A DNA stretch of 64,000 nucleotides. It comes from a virus (Duplodnaviria > Caudoviricetes). The translations under genes and the position numbers were made by a program. Numbering within the stretch: position 1 is the stretch's first letter; every line of letters starts with the position of its first letter. This document shows positions 26,877-38,100 of this stretch, one piece after another. Location: IMG/VR virus record IMGVR_UViG_3300025759_000062, positions 1 to 64,000 of that record. The stretch is one strand, 5' to 3'. Under the pieces are notes generated by a model that was not told the DNA's origin, made no database searches, and saw only the letters and a list, made by a program, of their open reading frames with translations.

Positions 26877-27437
26877 ATGGATTACGCATTAATCAAAAAG
26901 ATTGAAATAGAAACAAAGTTTGCTACTGCAGTATATAAGAATTTTGTATCACTAAGATTTGGTATGGATCCTTGTTGTATTATAGATGCAGAGGCGGCAA
27001 GCATTGACAAGCAACTTTGTGATTGGCAAGATAAGATTAAATGTGAATCAACTTGTGTAGATGAACCGGTGGAATCAACAGGATATTTAACTAGTACTCC
27101 TTATGATGAACCTATTAAGTCATCAAGTAAATCAGCAGCATCATGTGCTCCTGTAACATACTGCCCTGATAATAGTGTATTAGAAAGTATTCTAAAATCT
27201 ATACAGGAAATAAATCTGAAATTAGAGAATGCAGATTTAGATGAAGATGGATTTGTGTTTACACAACCAACGGATTCTTTACAGTGGGATATAGAACACA
27301 ATTTGGGTAAGTTCCCTAATATAAGATTAGAGATGTTAGATGGAACAGATATTAATGGACAGATTACTTATATAGATGAAAATAATTTAAGAGTAAACTT
27401 TGATGTAGCTGTCTCTGGAAAAGCATTTTTAAGTTAA
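26877..27437 (+). CDS. Tail-associated protein
   Basis: C-terminal WDIEHNLGKFPNI...VSGKAFLS domain typical of phage tail-fibre-associated proteins. Confidence 0.65.
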   Translation: MDYALIKKIEIETKFATAVYKNFVSLRFGMDPCCIIDAEAASIDKQLCDWQDKIKCESTCVDEPVESTGYLTSTPYDEPIKSSSKSAASCAPVTYCPDNSVLESILKSIQEINLKLENADLDEDGFVFTQPTDSLQWDIEHNLGKFPNIRLEMLDGTDINGQITYIDENNLRVNFDVAVSGKAFLS

Positions 27438-27477
27438 ATACAAACATGAACAATAAATAAATTTAAATTAAACAATT

Positions 27478-29412
27478 ATGGCAATCAAATATTTGTCTCA
27501 TTTAGAGACGTTAAACATTGATCTGCAGGGAAATCAGTTATTGAATGCTGTAGTGCATCCTGATATCACTGCAAACAGACCTACTGCTCCAAACGCGGGT
27601 CAGTTATTTTTTAATACATCTACTTCTGAATTAGAAGTATATGACGGAACTAATTGGGTTTCTGCAGCTGGTGATATTACTGCTGTTCTAGCAGGAGATG
27701 GTATAACAGGTGGAGGTAATTCAGGATCTGTTACTTTAGCAGTGGATTATACCAATTCTGCTACTAACGTTGTTTCAGCTGCACCTACAGGAACACCTTC
27801 AGCTTCATCAACAGTTTTATTTGCTGCTACAGGTGGTGTTTCTAAAGTAGCTTTTAATAATATAGATATTTCATTATTTAATAATGATGCAAACTATTCT
27901 ACTACAGTTGGTACGGTAACTAGTGTTGGTGCTTCTGGTTCTGGTGGTGTAACTATTTCTGGTAGCCCTGTTACTACTTCAGGTGTTCTTAACATTGGTC
28001 TTTCTAATGTTCCTAACAGTTCATTGGCTAATAGCTCAATTACTGTTACTGCTGGTAAAGGTTTAAAAACAGGTGGTACTGTATCACTTGGTGGCACTGT
28101 ACAAGTTGACGTTGATTATGCAGGTTCTGCTAACGTAATCTTGGATACTGGTAATAAAGTTGGTACTGCTGTAGAGACTGATTGGAATATTCTTGTTTCT
28201 GATGGAACCATGGCAGCGGAATACTACGCTGTAGGTGACCTACCATTTGCTCCTGCTGGTACAGTAACTGGTGTTACTTCTGTAGCTATTGCTGGAACAG
28301 ACGGTATTGATGTAGATTCTGGGTCTCCAATAACTGGAGCTGGAACAATTACTCTAGGTTTATCAAACGTACCTAATAGTTCACTTGCAAATGATGATGT
28401 AACATTTGGTTCTACAACTGTAGCATTAGGTGGTACTTCAACTTCTATTGCAGGTTTAACTGCGTTAGATTTTGCTGCTGGAAACAGAACTATTGGTGCT
28501 TCTATTGGTGCAAATAGCTTAACTCTTGCTTCTTCTTCTTCTACTGTTGTTATTCCTGGTAACTTAACTGTATCTGGTACTACAACTACTATTGATTCTA
28601 ACACTGTAAATATTGGAGACAATATTATTACATTGAATGCAGATGAGACTGGTACTCCATCACAGAATGCAGGTATTGAAATTGAAAGAGGTACTGAAGC
28701 TAATAAATCTTTACTTTGGGATGAAACAAATAATGTTTGGACTGTTGGTAGTGAATCATTTACAGCTAATACATTCAATGGTGCATTAAATGGTAATGCA
28801 AGTACAGCAAGTAAATGGCAGTCATCAAGAACAGTTACATTTGCAACAGGAGACGTAACAGGTAGCTTTAGTATTGACGGTTCTGCAAACGTAAATAATG
28901 TTAATTTAACTGTTACTGGTGTTTCTGCAAATTCAATTGCTCTTGGTACAGATACTACTGGTAACTATGTTGCTACTGCAAGTGGTTCTAATGGTATTAC
29001 TGTATCTGGCTCAGGTTCTGAAACTGCAGCTATTACTATTTCTGGTGTTAATGCAAGTACTACTGCAAAAGGTGTTGTTGAATTAGCAAATAGTACTGAA
29101 ACAATTACTGGTACTGATACTACGCGTGCTGTAACTCCTAAAGGTGCTAGTGACTTAGTTGCTAATAGAATTGATAAACATAGATTTACGGATACAATTC
29201 CAGCTGGTAATCCAGTTCACACTGTACCTCATACATTTGGTACTACCTTTGGTGTTAGTGGTGTTGTGCCTATAATGGTAAGTTATTTTGATGTAGCAAC
29301 TGGAGATCAATTAATGATTGATACAGTTCAAATATCAAAAGATGAATTTGAGGCTAGACTAGCTGCCCCACATGGAGCTGACATTTTAATATCTGTAATA
29401 TATGCAGGTTAA
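27478..29412 (+). CDS. Tail fibre protein
   Basis: GQLFFNTSTSELEVYDGTNW, Gly/Ser/Thr-rich repeats, T4 gp34-like ASTTAKGVVELA...AVTP repeat. Confidence 0.8.
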   Translation: MAIKYLSHLETLNIDLQGNQLLNAVVHPDITANRPTAPNAGQLFFNTSTSELEVYDGTNWVSAAGDITAVLAGDGITGGGNSGSVTLAVDYTNSATNVVSAAPTGTPSASSTVLFAATGGVSKVAFNNIDISLFNNDANYSTTVGTVTSVGASGSGGVTISGSPVTTSGVLNIGLSNVPNSSLANSSITVTAGKGLKTGGTVSLGGTVQVDVDYAGSANVILDTGNKVGTAVETDWNILVSDGTMAAEYYAVGDLPFAPAGTVTGVTSVAIAGTDGIDVDSGSPITGAGTITLGLSNVPNSSLANDDVTFGSTTVALGGTSTSIAGLTALDFAAGNRTIGASIGANSLTLASSSSTVVIPGNLTVSGTTTTIDSNTVNIGDNIITLNADETGTPSQNAGIEIERGTEANKSLLWDETNNVWTVGSESFTANTFNGALNGNASTASKWQSSRTVTFATGDVTGSFSIDGSANVNNVNLTVTGVSANSIALGTDTTGNYVATASGSNGITVSGSGSETAAITISGVNASTTAKGVVELANSTETITGTDTTRAVTPKGASDLVANRIDKHRFTDTIPAGNPVHTVPHTFGTTFGVSGVVPIMVSYFDVATGDQLMIDTVQISKDEFEARLAAPHGADILISVIYAG

Positions 29413-29459
29413 TAATTTTATAATAATTACTAGATTTGTATAAATCTGAATATTAAGGC

Positions 29460-32400
29460 ATGGCTATTAAATTTTTATCTGCTATAAACCACGGAGCTTA
29501 TCAACTGCCAACAGTTGATGGCTCTGCGGGTCAAGTACTAACAACGGACGGTAGTGGAAATGTAACATTTCAAAGTGTATCATCTTCTTCTAATTACTAT
29601 TTATCTGGTGCATCTTTTAATACAAGTGATGGTGTTCTTACCTTAACTGTAGCTGGTGCTACAAATCAGACTGTTGATCTTGATGGTAGATATGCTTTAA
29701 GTAGTCATGTTCATAATTATGATAACTATGGTTCTTGGAATCTCAAAACTAATGGGACTCAAAGAACAACTGTACAGTCTGGGGGAGACTTAAACCTGGT
29801 AGCGGGTTCTAACGTTTCCCTCAGCTACAGTGCTGGAGGTACAGTAACAATTACCTCCACAGACACAAATACAGACACTAATTATTATTTAACTGGATTA
29901 AGTTTTGATACTGGGAGTGGTGTACTTAGCGCAACAGTAAATGGGGCTTCTAATCCTACAGTAGATTTAGATGGTAGATATGTAGAAATTGCTGGTGATA
30001 CTATGACTGGTGATTTAAATTTAGGAAATAATAGTTTAAATGCTGTTGAAAATATTTATCTGGATAATGCCATTTACAGTCAAGGAGATACTAACACATA
30101 TACTCAGTTTCATTCTGGAGATCAATGGAGAGTTGTAACAGGTGGTAGTGAAAGATTAGAAGTAACCAATACTCATACTTATCTTCAAAATATTTTATAT
30201 TTAAATTCAAATTTAAATACAACAAGTACATCAGAAGTTCACTATGGAAATATTAGCACATCTGCTAATGGTACTGTAGTTAGAGGAGGGTTTATGAATC
30301 CAGCTTCTGAAGGAAATATGGTTCATTTACCTCATCTTGTAAATGATCTTTCTGGTTTTAATCATTGGGGTACAATAAGTGTTTCTGGTTTATATAAGTC
30401 ACGTTCTGGATCATCTGGTAACTATACTTATGGAAGTCCTGTTACAGTAAGTGATTTTGATAATGGTGCTGCATTTGATAGCTATTCAAGTACTGCGGGT
30501 AGTTGGTACAGCGATAATGGTGGTAATGGTATCTATGAGGATGGAACAGATACTCCAGGTGTTATTACACTAGAATGGACTAATGAATTAACATATAGCG
30601 CATGGGTTGGTATTGTATTTGGCTCTGGTAGCTTTACAGCTACAAAAGTTAAAATTGAAGCTTACCGTGGTGGAGCTTGGCAAACATTATGTGATTTAAC
30701 TGATAATACAAGCAACGTTGTATTAAGACAAATAGGAAGCAACAGCGGAACTGGGTCTGCAACAACAAAATTAAGATATACTTTAGGAGGATCTATAAAC
30801 AACAGCTATTTTAGAATACACACATTGTATGCTGCTAACTACAGAGCTGGGGATAATAATTTAGCAAACATTTCTACAGATGTAACTAGAGGTGTTCATT
30901 TCTTTGAAAAATATAAAGATAATTATGGTTGGGGTAGTTATTTCCCAGCAACTAATGCTTCTTATGATTTAGGTAGTAGTGGTAGAAGATGGAAATCTAT
31001 ATATGCAGATGGTGGTGATTCTACACAGTGGAACACGGCATACGGATGGGGTGATCATTCTACAGAAGGTTATATTAAAGATGGTAACACTAACTGGAAT
31101 AATACTTATGGTTTTATAACTGCGTCTTCTACAGATACACTAACTAATAAGTCTGGTAATATATCTATGTTTACCAATGATGCAGGATATCTTACTTCAT
31201 ACACAGATACTAATGACATAGACTATATCAATAGTGCGTCATTTAATACTAGTAATGGTGTTATAACAGGCACGGGTGTTGGTAATGCAGGATTTACTGT
31301 TGATATTGATGGAAGATACTTATTACGTACTAATGATACATTTACCGGAGCACTTTCAATTAATGGATATATTAAAGGTAATGGTCAGGAGCTTATACTT
31401 AGTGCAGGTGAATCACACTCATATGCTACAGGACAAACATCAGAAATTGTATATATCAACGCAGAGGCGGGATTAGAGATTTTATCTTCACCCGACAATT
31501 GGTCAACAGGATGGGCAGGACGTAATAGTGCATACATTAACAGAGCAGATGCCACATCATACTTGCCAGGTACTTTAACAGTAAATGGACATGGTAACTC
31601 CTCACAATGGAATACTGCATATGATAATATGATTACAGCTGCTGCTGTAGCTGGAGGTGCAAATAAAACTTTAACATTAACACAACAAGATGGAGGTACT
31701 ATAACTGCAACTTGGACTGATACTGACACTAATGATGTAGATTATATTAATTCTGCATCATTTAACACAGGTAACGGAATTTTAAGTCTTTCTGGGGTAG
31801 GAAATGCAGGTGCATCAGTAGACCTTGATGGAAGATATCAACTTGCTGGTACATATAACACGGTAATTGGTACAGATGCAGATATTACTACTTCTGGAGC
31901 TACTGTTATAGATGATATTTATATGACAGATGGGGTTATTACATCCCATACTACTCGTACTCTTACACCCGGTGATATTGGTGCTGCTTACTATGATCAT
32001 TTTAGATCATTAGGTACTACTGCATTTACAGCAGGTGGTGGTAGTAATAGTACAATCACTACAACTCAGTTAATTTCTGAAATGGAAGGTGATGGTGCAT
32101 TTGACTCTTATACTTCCGCTTTTAAGACTAGCTGGTCATATGCTAGCAATGATGATCTTAGTGATGCTGGTAATTTTACAGAAACTGCAGGATCTTCCTG
32201 GTTAACATGGACAGATAATTCTAGTGATTCCACAAGAGGAAATATTACAGCTCTTGCTATTGCACCTAATACAGGTGGTTCTGCTGGTAGAGTATTTATT
32301 TATAATGATCAAGGTTCAACTTATGATCCAGGATGGAGAGAAGTTTGGACTAATATGTCATTAGATCCTATTATTAATGCTACAGTATCAAATGATACTA

Positions 32401-33248
32401 TTACATTTACTAAGGCTAATGGTAGTACTTTTAACATTTCAACAAGTGATGCTAATACAAACTACTATTTAGACGGATTAAGTTTTAATACAGGCAATGG
32501 AATATTAACAGCTTCTGTAAACGGAGCTACTAATCAAACTGTAGATTTGGACGGCAGGTATCAATTAGCCGGTACCTACAATACAATTATAGGAACAGAC
32601 TCTGATATTAATACATCAGGAGCAACTGTAATAGGTCAGTTAAATATGACAGATGGTGTGATTACTTCACACACAACCCGCACATTAGATGCAAGTAGTT
32701 TAGGTATAACACAACCTGATCCACCAAGTTTAAATGCTTTAAATATTGTTGGGGAAACTATAGAAGTTGTGTTTGACCAATCCCCTACACCTGATATTGA
32801 TAAATATGAAGTATGGTCTTCTGTTAGTGGTGGATCTTATGGCCTTATTGCTAACATTCCAACAGAGGATATTACCCCTGTAATGACTGCCATTGATGCA
32901 GTATTTTCAGTGAGTGGTACTCAAGCTTACAGAGTTTACGCAATTAAGAATGGTATTTATTCTGTTGCAGCCACTGGTTCTACAACATTTAATACACCTA
33001 GTTTGAGTGTTGTTAATATGTCTGTAATTAATTTAAATCCTGCTTATTATATTCAGTATGATTTACCAGATTCAAGATTTATAGATCATATAGAAATTTA
33101 TATGGATGCTGAAACTACATCTAGTAGTTTATCAAGATCAGGTGCATCTTTAATATATAGTGGTTCTAATAGTTCATACATGTACCAAATTGGTGCATCA
33201 GATTTAGATAAGTTTCATCAATTTTGGGTGGAAGTAGTAGCAAATTAA
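29460..33248 (+). CDS. Tail fibre protein with repeated ...TVDLDGRY modules and C-terminal FN3/Ig-like domains
   Basis: LPTVDGSAGQVLTTDGSG; five NYYL/DYIN...DGRY repeats. Confidence 0.82.
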   Translation: MAIKFLSAINHGAYQLPTVDGSAGQVLTTDGSGNVTFQSVSSSSNYYLSGASFNTSDGVLTLTVAGATNQTVDLDGRYALSSHVHNYDNYGSWNLKTNGTQRTTVQSGGDLNLVAGSNVSLSYSAGGTVTITSTDTNTDTNYYLTGLSFDTGSGVLSATVNGASNPTVDLDGRYVEIAGDTMTGDLNLGNNSLNAVENIYLDNAIYSQGDTNTYTQFHSGDQWRVVTGGSERLEVTNTHTYLQNILYLNSNLNTTSTSEVHYGNISTSANGTVVRGGFMNPASEGNMVHLPHLVNDLSGFNHWGTISVSGLYKSRSGSSGNYTYGSPVTVSDFDNGAAFDSYSSTAGSWYSDNGGNGIYEDGTDTPGVITLEWTNELTYSAWVGIVFGSGSFTATKVKIEAYRGGAWQTLCDLTDNTSNVVLRQIGSNSGTGSATTKLRYTLGGSINNSYFRIHTLYAANYRAGDNNLANISTDVTRGVHFFEKYKDNYGWGSYFPATNASYDLGSSGRRWKSIYADGGDSTQWNTAYGWGDHSTEGYIKDGNTNWNNTYGFITASSTDTLTNKSGNISMFTNDAGYLTSYTDTNDIDYINSASFNTSNGVITGTGVGNAGFTVDIDGRYLLRTNDTFTGALSINGYIKGNGQELILSAGESHSYATGQTSEIVYINAEAGLEILSSPDNWSTGWAGRNSAYINRADATSYLPGTLTVNGHGNSSQWNTAYDNMITAAAVAGGANKTLTLTQQDGGTITATWTDTDTNDVDYINSASFNTGNGILSLSGVGNAGASVDLDGRYQLAGTYNTVIGTDADITTSGATVIDDIYMTDGVITSHTTRTLTPGDIGAAYYDHFRSLGTTAFTAGGGSNSTITTTQLISEMEGDGAFDSYTSAFKTSWSYASNDDLSDAGNFTETAGSSWLTWTDNSSDSTRGNITALAIAPNTGGSAGRVFIYNDQGSTYDPGWREVWTNMSLDPIINATVSNDTITFTKANGSTFNISTSDANTNYYLDGLSFNTGNGILTASVNGATNQTVDLDGRYQLAGTYNTIIGTDSDINTSGATVIGQLNMTDGVITSHTTRTLDASSLGITQPDPPSLNALNIVGETIEVVFDQSPTPDIDKYEVWSSVSGGSYGLIANIPTEDITPVMTAIDAVFSVSGTQAYRVYAIKNGIYSVAATGSTTFNTPSLSVVNMSVINLNPAYYIQYDLPDSRFIDHIEIYMDAETTSSSLSRSGASLIYSGSNSSYMYQIGASDLDKFHQFWVEVVAN

Positions 33249-33252
33249 TATT

Positions 33253-33414
33253 ATGGAAGAGACATTAGAATACTGGCAAGAAATGTTAGCAGAGTTTGAA
33301 GAAGCTTTGCATTTGGAAGAACAAATGAATGAAATAGAAAATTCTATGTACCGTCTGTTAAAAATGGAAATTGAATATTGTCAAAACCAGATAAACTTAT
33401 TATCAAATGATTAA
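33253..33414 (+). CDS. Small helical protein (53 aa, MEETLEYWQEML...)
   Basis: Read manually; fills the gap between fibre genes; possible chaperone. Confidence 0.7.
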   Translation: MEETLEYWQEMLAEFEEALHLEEQMNEIENSMYRLLKMEIEYCQNQINLLSND

Positions 33415-35137
33415 GACAGAAGTTTTAACAACGAGTAATGTAATTAGTATTGTAGGTGCTGCAACTAATAATTATGATGGTCAAAAGTCTATTGTTCCTG
33501 TATGGAAAAGGGGCATTAGTAATACTATTGTAAATAGTGGTAGTGGTGAATATGATGGTGGTGACCGTGTTATTGGTGGATGGAATGGATATGAGGTTGA
33601 TGGAGATTTGCTTTTTACTGTAGGCTGGGGTGATGGTTTTGCAGTACGTAGGTTAAATGATGACGGTACAATGACAAGGTTGTTTTATGACGGCAACTTT
33701 CTTTGGAGGGATACAGGCTCTACATACAACCATATACAATCAGTTGCAATTGATAAGATAAATAAGAAGGGTGTAGCGATGACATACAATGTTTATGGCT
33801 ATACCACCTTTGATTATAGTGGATTAATGAATGGGGGTACAACATTTGTAAAAGACCCTAGACCATCACATAGCAATCCTCAATACTTTATTGGTTCTCA
33901 GGATACAGGCAATGGGTATGTAAGAAGAGTTGGTAGTAGCTACCAAGGAGGTTTATGTGCTGCAGGTGAATGGATTTATGCTCATGAGCACGATGCAAGG
34001 CATTATCAAAAAGTAATGCGTAGAAATTTACACACAGGTGTTGAAGAAAGACTTGATATGATTAGTATTAAATATCCAGGTTCTGCAGATATTGATAGAA
34101 ATGGATACAGAGGTTGGATATTTTATGATGAAATTAATGATAGAATATATTACTGTACTTTTTATAATGCAAACTTTACTTTAGTTTTAAATGCATCAAC
34201 AGCCAATCCTCAAACAGTATGGTGTGACATGGGTGATGCTGGTATGGGAGATGATGGTTATGAACAAGGTTTATTTGTACCGGATCCTGTTAATGAGCCT
34301 AACTTAATTTACATAGGTGCTAATAGTAGAATTGCTTACATAGATATTACACCTTGTTTTAGTGGAACAAAGCCTACAGTTCTTAAACAGTTTTATACAG
34401 AAAATGGAGAGAGAGGTGCTGCTTTTGGTGTTCAATTTAGAGCAGGTACAAAGTATCAGGGATTAAATGGTGACGCTATGGATAAGCATCCGGGAGATCC
34501 TTATTTTTGTCCTACAACTTCAGACCGTGGTAAAAATATGCTAGATGGTTGGATTGATTTTGAAAATGAAAGAATTGTTGGTTTAGAAAGACATGATACT
34601 GTAGTTGAAGATACTACAACATTAGGTAGAGGTAGGAGCTATAGAGCTGATTACGGAACTAATGTATTTAAAATGTATAGTACAAACGGTACGCCATATT
34701 GGATTAAGTTAGGATATGGATATGATGGTCATGGTTTTAGAGTATGGGAGGATTCTGTGGGTAATGGTTTAGTGGGTAACTGGTCTATAGAATATGGAAC
34801 ATTTACTTTAGATAATAGTGCTAATGTAGATTTTGTAAATATTCAAATAGATGAACATCATGTTCCTTCGGGTTGCTCTTTAAGTTATTATGTAAGTAAT
34901 AATAATGGGACTAGTTGGGAAAACTATACAAGTACAAATGAAACTGATCATCATATATTTAGTTCAACCGGTGGACAATTAAGAGTTAAGTTTGTAGCCA
35001 TGGGTCTTGAAACAAAAGCTCCTTATAAAATGTCCCAAACTTTTGACACAGTAACATATGGCACATTATATGAATCTGTTAAAGATGTAACTATTCCTTA
35101 TAAAGTTTCAAGGAAAAGAATTAGAGGTAAAAATTAA
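33407..35137 (+). CDS. Putative receptor-binding protein (beta-propeller-like)
   Basis: Gly/Asp/Tyr/Trp-rich beta-strand pattern; VSNNNGTSW motif; lies inside the fibre cluster. Confidence 0.55.
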   Translation: MIKTEVLTTSNVISIVGAATNNYDGQKSIVPVWKRGISNTIVNSGSGEYDGGDRVIGGWNGYEVDGDLLFTVGWGDGFAVRRLNDDGTMTRLFYDGNFLWRDTGSTYNHIQSVAIDKINKKGVAMTYNVYGYTTFDYSGLMNGGTTFVKDPRPSHSNPQYFIGSQDTGNGYVRRVGSSYQGGLCAAGEWIYAHEHDARHYQKVMRRNLHTGVEERLDMISIKYPGSADIDRNGYRGWIFYDEINDRIYYCTFYNANFTLVLNASTANPQTVWCDMGDAGMGDDGYEQGLFVPDPVNEPNLIYIGANSRIAYIDITPCFSGTKPTVLKQFYTENGERGAAFGVQFRAGTKYQGLNGDAMDKHPGDPYFCPTTSDRGKNMLDGWIDFENERIVGLERHDTVVEDTTTLGRGRSYRADYGTNVFKMYSTNGTPYWIKLGYGYDGHGFRVWEDSVGNGLVGNWSIEYGTFTLDNSANVDFVNIQIDEHHVPSGCSLSYYVSNNNGTSWENYTSTNETDHHIFSSTGGQLRVKFVAMGLETKAPYKMSQTFDTVTYGTLYESVKDVTIPYKVSRKRIRGKN

Positions 35138-35142
35138 GAATT

Positions 35143-38100
35143 ATGGCAACAATAACTGGATCTAAAAGATTATTAACTATTTCTGCTGATGCAATGGCAG
35201 CTGAGAACACTCTTACATTGGGTGGTTTAGGCGTTGCTACACAGACATGGGTAAATACACAAATAGCAAATTTGGTTGATTCTGCCCCTGCTACATTAGA
35301 TACTCTTAATGAGTTAGCAGCTGCATTGGGAGATGATCCAAATTTTGCTACAACTATAACTACAAGTATTAGTACAAAGCTTGATGCATCTGTAAATCCT
35401 ATTAAGAATGCAAGTGTGTCAAATGATACTATTACATTTACCCGTGCAGATAATACTACTTTTAATATTACTACTTCTGATGCTAATACTAATTATTATT
35501 TAGACGGTTTATCATTTGACACAGGAACCGGTGTGCTAACTGCATCAGTAAATGGAGCAACAAATAAAACAGTAGATTTAGATGGAAGATACCTTACTTC
35601 TTTTGATATAACAACTCAAACAGATCCAAAGTATTTAAGAAGCAATGCTGCTGATACTGCAACAGGTCTTATAACTTTTTCTGGAGGTATCACTGGTTTT
35701 ACAAACACTGCTGGTATTAGTGGTAATAACTACAATATTACTGGTGTTAATCAATTAACAATTAATGATCCAGGAGAGGGTATTGTTTTTTCTGGAACAA
35801 CAAATCTTACGTTAGCAGTTATAGATGATGCCTCTGATAACATTCTTAATCTTGCGGGTACTAATGCTAAACTACAAGTAAATGGAACGGATGTTTTAAC
35901 TGCTCACCCAAGTATTAGTGCAGCTACATCAGTAAATAATTCTGGTAGAACATACATCCAAGATATTACATTGGATGCTAATGGGCATGTAACAGGTATT
36001 GCGTCTGCTGCGGAGACAGTAACTGACACAACTTATACTTTAACTGTTGGTGCAAATGGTGGTAACGGCTCAAACATCAACTTAAATCCTAGTTCGGGTG
36101 GTACTAATACAATTAGACTTGAAGGTGGTTCTAATGTAACAATTACAGAGAACACATCTACGGGTGTAATTGAAATTGCTTCTACAGATACTAATACTGA
36201 CACAACATATTTAGCAGGGTCTGGTATTGATCTAACCGGTATTACATTTAGTCATACTGATACTAGTTCTCAATCAAGTGTTAATAATTCTAATGGAACC
36301 GTTATTCAAGATGTAACGCTTGACACATATGGTCACGTTACTTCATTAGGATCTGTAAATCTTGATGGAAGATATTATACAGAGAGTGAAATAAACACTG
36401 GTAATATAACTACAAGTGGTACTTGGACATTTAATGGTGTAGTTAATGGTCTATATCATTCTGTTGAAGAAGATCATTATTACTTTGATGACTATAATGG
36501 CCGTAGAAATGTAAATGCATTTTTAAAGACACAATATTCTGATATTATAAAATTTAGAGAAGTAGCTGATCTTGAGTATTGGAATGGAAGTGCTTGGGTT
36601 GATGGTTCAAGTCAATTAAATAATCTTAAAAATTTATTAGATGGTAGAAAAGATACTAATTGGTATGTTGATTCTACTTATTATAAATTTAGATTTTCTG
36701 TAACTGCTTCTTCATCTTGGCCAACAATGGCTCTTATAGGTATAGAAAGCTCATGGACTGGTTCATCATTTCCTGGTTTTGAAATGATTATAGAAGAACA
36801 ACAAGCAGATAGCTCATGGTCTACAATTGTTACTGCTGATTTTGCAAGTAGTAATGGAGTAACCAACTGGGGTACAATGTTTAAAGCTGATTCAGCTTTA
36901 CATACAGGTAGAGGTGGTCAAAGTTTATCAACTCGTATTACTATAGACTTTTATGGCTGGACACCTAGTAACTCTAGTTATGTAACTATACCTTTACAAA
37001 ATATATTTATATACTCTAATTTTTCTGGTATTGCCAACAATGATTATCATAATTTAATTAATTATGACCGTCATGTAACAGTTCCTAATAAGTTGTTTAT
37101 AACAACTACAGACACTAATACATCATCAACAACTGCACTTGTATTAAATGGCACAGAAGTAGAAAAACGTACATTAGGATCTAATGCGTTTAATAGTACA
37201 CAAATACCTACTGTTAATAATGCAACTCTTACTGTACAAGGTACAGGTGCTCTTGGTGGATCTGGTACATTTACAGCAAATGCTTCTAGCAATGCTACCA
37301 TTAGTATTACTCATGATGACACATCTACTTTATCTGGTTTATATGGTGGTAATAATAATGGTGTTGTTATAGAGGACATTACTGTTGATGGATATGGTCA
37401 TGTTACTGCAATTGGTACTAGAGATTTAGATAGTAGATTTGACAACTATGGTAGTTGGACAATTAGTGACACTGTAAACAGTGAATCAATCAGCTCTGGA
37501 GATACGGTAAATGTAATAGGTGGAGGTGCTACTTCAGTAAGTTATGATGTAGCTAGTAATACTTTAGAAATTAGTTCTACAGATACAAACACAAATACTA
37601 ATTATTATTTAACTGGTCTTAGTTATAATTCTGGTACTAGTGTATTAACAGCAACTGTTAATGGTGCAGCTAATCCTACAGTAGATCTAACTGACAAAAT
37701 ATATGCAGATGCTTTAGCAGTAACTGGAAATGGTACCACTTCTCAGTATCTAAGGTCAGATGGTGATGGAACATTTACTTGGGCTACACCACCAGACACC
37801 AATACAGATACTAATTATTATTTAAGTGGCTTAAGTTACACTTCATCTAGTAGCGTATTAACTGCTACAGTTACTGGGGGAACTAATCAAACTTTAGATT
37901 TAACTAATAAAATATATGCTGATGCTTTAGCTGTAACGGGTAATGGTACAAGTGGCCAGTTCTTAAGGTCTGATGGTGATGGCACTTTTACCTGGGCAAC
38001 ACCTACTGATACAGATACAAATACAACATACACTTTAACAGTTGGTTCAGGTACTTCTAACGCTGCAAACATTAATCTTAATCCTAATACAGGTGGTACT

